Source of the DNA: Andalucia godoyi And28
Lineage: Eukaryota > Protista > Jakobida
Length of the DNA: 44,954 nucleotides
NCBI GenBank assembly: GCA_009859145.1
Contig: VRVR01000063.1
Coordinates: forward strand, 15,283 to 60,236
Reading direction: 5' to 3'
Below, piece by piece: positions 42,838 through 44,954 of this stretch. The notes beneath the pieces were generated by a model. The model was not told the origin of the DNA and did not search any database. It saw only the letters and a program-made list of their open reading frames with translations. The position numbers and the translations under genes were made by a program. The stretch's first letter is position 1, and each line of letters starts with the position of its first letter.

Positions 42838-43779
42838 ATGCTGCCACCGTTTGGATCGTTTCATTTTGCGACATTGCCGCTTGCAGCAACGAGCTGGTCC
42901 CTGTGTCTCGGATGATCCAAGTCTCGCAACCAACTGTGGCCGTTATAGAGCGCTTCACGTCCGTTGGTGGTTGTGTTTACTGGTGGATCGGATGGAATTG
43001 GAAGAGAAATTACACTTGTTCTCTCTCGCATGTCCTCTGATTTGCTTCCTATCTGTATTGTTGTTGCGTCACGGTCTCTCCACCACCCAATTCTTGCAGT
43101 TGCAAAGGAATGCTGCGCTGCTGGCGCGGCTGATGCACATGGATGCGTGGGCAATGTGTCGGATGCTGCTTCATGCAGACAGCTGATTGAGTTTACATTG
43201 GAGCGGTACAGATATCTTGATATCCTGGTGAACAACGGAGGAGTTTCGCAAGTGTGCAAGTTCGAAGATGTCAAAGAGTGTCATTTTGACGACATGGAAC
43301 ATTTGTTCCGCGTCAACACTGTGGGTGCCATGTTTTGCACACATGCTGCTCTTTCCCATCTGAAAAGCATCTCGAGGACTCGTTGTCGCAGTGTCTTCTC
43401 TGCAAGGTTTAAGCGGGTTTCCAAACAGCACTGTCTACTGTACGAGGAAGCATGCGTTGCAGGGATTCTGCGGTGCATTCAGAATGGAACTAATCCGAGC
43501 AACGTCGACGTTCTTGTCGTGTCTCAGGGCCCGATTGCCTCTAATATTCATCAACGAAGACTGATTGCTGACGAGAGAGTGAACGCTCACATTCAACGCG
43601 GTGAGTCAATTTCCGTTCACGAGTGTGCGGCTTTGTCTGTGGAGGCCATGTTTCACAGAGAACGTCAAGTCGTGATGGCGTTTAATGGAAAGCTGCTTCG
43701 GAGGATCCAGCTTGTCGCGCCAGGATGGGCGGACAGGCTGGTCATTCGAGCCGTGGACAAGTTCGACAAGTCGAAGTAA
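42838..43779 (+). pseudogene. Short-chain dehydrogenase/reductase (DHRS7-like), interrupted
   Basis: TGGSDGIG and LDILVNNGG motifs are present. VVAVSSLQG...YCTRKHALQGF lies in a shifted frame between the A4 run at 43363-43366 and ~43495. In-frame TGA 42913-42915 and TAG 42946-42948 precede the Rossmann motif. Confidence 0.85.
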
Positions 43780-44435
43780 ACTCTGGGGCAATTTTAAGAA
43801 GAAGACCGTTTTTCTTGTTAAAAGCAGGACGAAACAAAAAAAATCCTATTCTGCTCAGTAGTGAAACATCAGTGGGTTCCCGATGCCGCAACTGGTTCGG
43901 AGAACTGGGGGACGGCTAATTCTCAGCAAAAGATTCCCAGCCATTTCCAGTTTTTTTTGAAGCATCTGTCGCAGCAGACAACGGTTTTGCAAAACCAGAC
44001 AAATTCCAAAAAGGAATTCTGAATTCCGGTGGGGGTACCAGTAGAGAATGCGATTCGGCCGCAAGGTTCCCCTTTTGCTGCGTCGAAGTCTCTTTGCACA
44101 AGCGGATTCAGATGCGCGCACTTTTTGCCAACACGTATCGCCGCCTTCACGCTACACTGTTTATCGATTTGGAATTTTGGATCGTGAGCGCACGTCCAGA
44201 CGCAGCAACCCAACAAATTTCTGCCTTGACGAACGTTGACGCACAAAATACAAACTGTCTTGCAGCGTTGACATTGCACGACCCACAGGTTGGAGAAAAA
44301 CGAGGCAATTATTTATATGCTTCTTTCCTTCCATTCCCTGCTCATCTACTTTCCCTCTTCATCTTCCTTCTCCTCTCCACAAATCACCACAGCACTCCCC
44401 ACTTTTATCTCCTCCCAGCTCGTAAACGTCGCATC

Positions 44436-44954
44436 ATGTCGTTACATGCTCCCGATGGCGACAACTCCTCCGTTGGAGAGTCGTCCACGCGATCGAGCCT
44501 GACTTCAACCTTTGGAGACAAGGTCTCCAGAGTGAGCCGACAGTTCTGCGAGCGCTCGGCCCCGCTTGCCTCGGAGCTGCGTCGCGAAGCGGCGTCGGGC
44601 GTCTTCATCATCGTGCGCAACATTTCGCTGATTCTGCTGTGCATCCAGCTTCTGTGCATCGCGACGGTGTCGTATGCCAGAATGTCCGGCTCGTCGGCTA
44701 TGCTCTCTCTTGTTTCCGTTGCCGACTCGGTCCTGCTCATGGGCCCGGTTGGCTCGGTGAACGTCAACATCATTTTTCTTATTGCGCTGTGCTCGCTGCA
44801 GTACTTTGTCGTCGTATTCTCCCTTGTACTGCTGAAGGCAATGAGAGGCGGTGCGCGCAAAGTGGACCAAAAACTGACGCAGCTGCTGACCCTGCTGATG
44901 GAACTCATCTCGTTGGGGTTCCTGACATTTGTCCGTCGATGCCTGGTTTTCCTG
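44436..44954 (+). CDS. N-terminus of a multi-pass membrane protein (probably TmcB-like/cyclase family), running off the right edge
   Basis: Manual translation from ATG 44436 is open to the end: MSLHAPDGDNSS...FIIVRNISLILLCIQLLCIATV...FLIALCSLQYFVVVFSLVLLK. The layout resembles the N-terminus of the 4151-9215 gene. Confidence 0.6.
   Translation, partial: MSLHAPDGDNSSVGESSTRSSLTSTFGDKVSRVSRQFCERSAPLASELRREAASGVFIIVRNISLILLCIQLLCIATVSYARMSGSSAMLSLVSVADSVLLMGPVGSVNVNIIFLIALCSLQYFVVVFSLVLLKAMRGGARKVDQKLTQLLTLLMELISLGFLTFVRRCLVFL

Overview
This window is from an intron-poor unicellular eukaryote of roughly 50% GC; the taxon cannot be determined from the sequence. No rRNA, tRNA or CRISPR array was seen. 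The left end is mobile DNA: the gag-protease start of a Ty3/Gypsy-like LTR retrotransposon runs off the edge, preceded by a candidate LTR, a polypurine tract and an integrase fragment. Between two convergent PAS-adenylate-cyclase genes lies a 5'-truncated Fanzor1 (eukaryotic TnpB-like RNA-guided nuclease), followed by a structured candidate omegaRNA and joined head-to-head to a truncated RING-finger gene. The rest is rich in regulatory and signalling genes: four TmcB-like/PAS-cyclase family members, a bacterial-style PAS-PAS-HK-REC-REC-HPt histidine kinase, four Zn(II)2Cys6 factors, a MADS-box and a Myb factor. It also holds a surface receptor with a six-repeat propeller and Cys-rich repeats, a PD-(D/E)XK nuclease-like protein, an F-box protein, and WD40 and SDR pseudogenes. 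Many genes carry 1-nt frameshifts or in-frame stops. Every in-frame stop I could place with confidence is TAG or TGA, never TAA, while three roughly 3-kb ORFs are intact. All homology calls come from motif recognition by eye and need HMM or BLAST confirmation.
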